The position numbers were made by a program, and so were the translations under genes. Shown one piece after another: positions 63,201 to 64,000 of a stretch of DNA of 64,000 nucleotides. The number at the start of each line of letters is the position of its first letter. The first letter of the stretch is position 1. Source of the DNA: Pocillopora damicornis (taxonomy: Eukaryota); assembly GCF_003704095.1 (NCBI RefSeq), contig NW_020845316.1:248001-312000 (forward strand), in the 5' to 3' direction. A model generated the notes under the pieces. The model was not told the origin of the DNA, ran no database searches, and was given only the letters and a program-made list of their open reading frames with translations.

Positions 63201-63397
63201 TAAGAACCAATGAAAATGCACAAATCACTTCAGATCTTAGACATCCGAAGTTCTGATTCAGTCGAACAAGTCCGGTCTCTAAACATAACATATGAATAGC
63301 AATGTCAATTTTCTCCTGCAGATCTCACCGATTCACGTAGTTCATAAACCCTTTGACCATTTTCGTCCTTTCTCACCACGACAGCTCTTGTCTGCAT
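57266..63397 (-). CDS. CRYZL1: Quinone oxidoreductase-like protein 1 (crystallin zeta-like 1; FERRY subunit Fy-4), 356 aa
   Basis: Exons 63397-63329, 62965-62888, 62773-62698, 62421-62377, 61871-61803, 60818-60685, 60436-60389, 59955-59892, 59497-59399, 59035-58896, 58649-58565, 58402-58382, 57890-57845, 57362-57266, all in phase. Motifs VKVKACGLS, GREISGVV, GLLPLDS, AAGCIGDVVRAYTALYY, ETGGLGVD, PSKHDVISCLGVAGRWIT, LQLDPPDS, QQGRYLHILQDIMDKL, GKIVV. Confidence 0.93.
57891..58381 (-). other. U12-type (minor spliceosome) GT-AG intron in CRYZL1
   Basis: 5' splice site GTATCCTTT; branch site TTCTCTTAAC 10 nt upstream of the GAAG acceptor; no polypyrimidine tract. Confidence 0.85.
60150..60303. 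mobile_element. MITE in CRYZL1 intron
   Basis: Imperfect TIRs ACTTATTGACTGAGTGGAAGGGCTGGAC / GTCCAGCCCTCCCACTCAGTCAACAAGT. Confidence 0.6.
61345..61583. mobile_element. MITE in CRYZL1 intron (related ends at about 7400-7525)
   Basis: Inverted ends GGTCCAGTTGTT...GACAACCTGGCC. Confidence 0.5.
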
Positions 63398-63925
63398 CGT
63401 AAAAGGGATAATTCAACAGTACCAATCATATGGGAAGTAGTGTTCTGAATACCTTAGCCCTTTATTTGTGGTACCGCTGTACTGTTAACAAAGATAATGC
63501 TGGCGCTCTTAACCAGGCCAGGTAAACGGTCACGCACAGATTTTCTCATTGCGTGACGTGACAAACTGAAAGAAAAGCACAGTTATCTGTTTTCGATCTC
63601 ATATTTTTTTCGATCTCATATTTTTTTAAATTGAGAGGAAGTGCGAAAAGACGGAGTTTTATACATTGCTGAGTAAAATTTGTTTTTTTTTCATGGCTAA
63701 TTCTACATTGGGAAAACGTTTTTTCCACAGAAGGAGAATGAGAATGATTTGTAAGTTAATGAATAATTTAAAATATCTATCAGCAAAAATTTGTCAGTTA
63801 TCAAGTTTTTCAGTTTCAAAATAATTCATAGAAATGTGATGTAAAGTGGTCTTAATTCTTGTTGACGTCAAGACATGTTTATTTTCAAATTAGTAACCCT
63901 ATGAATGCTGGGTAATTTAAGCAAG
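63398..63925. promoter_or_regulatory. Bidirectional promoter region between CRYZL1 and the SFT2-like gene
   Basis: Divergent ATGs about 530 bp apart. Palindromic CRE TGACGTCA at 63863-63870, TGACGTG near 63554, CAAGATGGCG at the start codon. Confidence 0.5.
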
Positions 63926-64000
63926 ATGGCGCCCGCTACCTTACAGAAAATTCGGGATACAATCACGGGAAAAGAGACTCAAGACGATTCATTGATAACA
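63926..64000 (+). CDS. First coding exon (truncated by the window), probably a vesicle transport SFT2-like protein
   Basis: AAGATGGCG context. MAPATLQKIRDTITGKETQDDSLIT resembles SFT2D1/2 N-termini (MEKLRRVLSGQDDEEQGL). Only 25 codons are visible. Confidence 0.45.
   Translation, partial: MAPATLQKIRDTITGKETQDDSLIT

Overview
AT-rich eukaryotic genomic DNA with spliceosomal introns. The repeat families and gene content suggest a cnidarian, probably a scleractinian coral (inference). Hand-built exon chains with consistent splice phases give: an intronless multi-pass membrane protein (-, about 1.7-3.3 kb, interrupted by gaps); a Frizzled/Smoothened-like (class F) receptor lacking the CRD and carrying an extra N-terminal transmembrane helix (-, 5254-13176); MRNIP (+); ATP5PO/OSCP (+); an 11-exon gene combining an MGSCCC acylation motif with an Mpo1/DUF962-like His-motif membrane domain (-, 25229-33133); three tandem duplication units, each holding a TPR-like gene plus the 3' end of CRYZL1; the intact 14-exon CRYZL1 gene with a U12-type intron (-, 57266-63397); and the start of a probable SFT2-like gene at the right edge. 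Repeats include Penelope-type palindromic remnants with minimal hammerhead ribozyme cores, TTAA-flanked and Merlin-like MITEs, tRNA-derived SINE-like elements and a decayed L2/CR1-type LINE. The strongest leads are the CRD-less Smoothened-like receptor with Leu at the SMO W535 position, the animal Mpo1-like fusion protein with a possibly intronized exon segment, and the fast-diverging TPR array interleaved with spare CRYZL1 terminal exons. All homology calls come from remembered motifs, not database searches.
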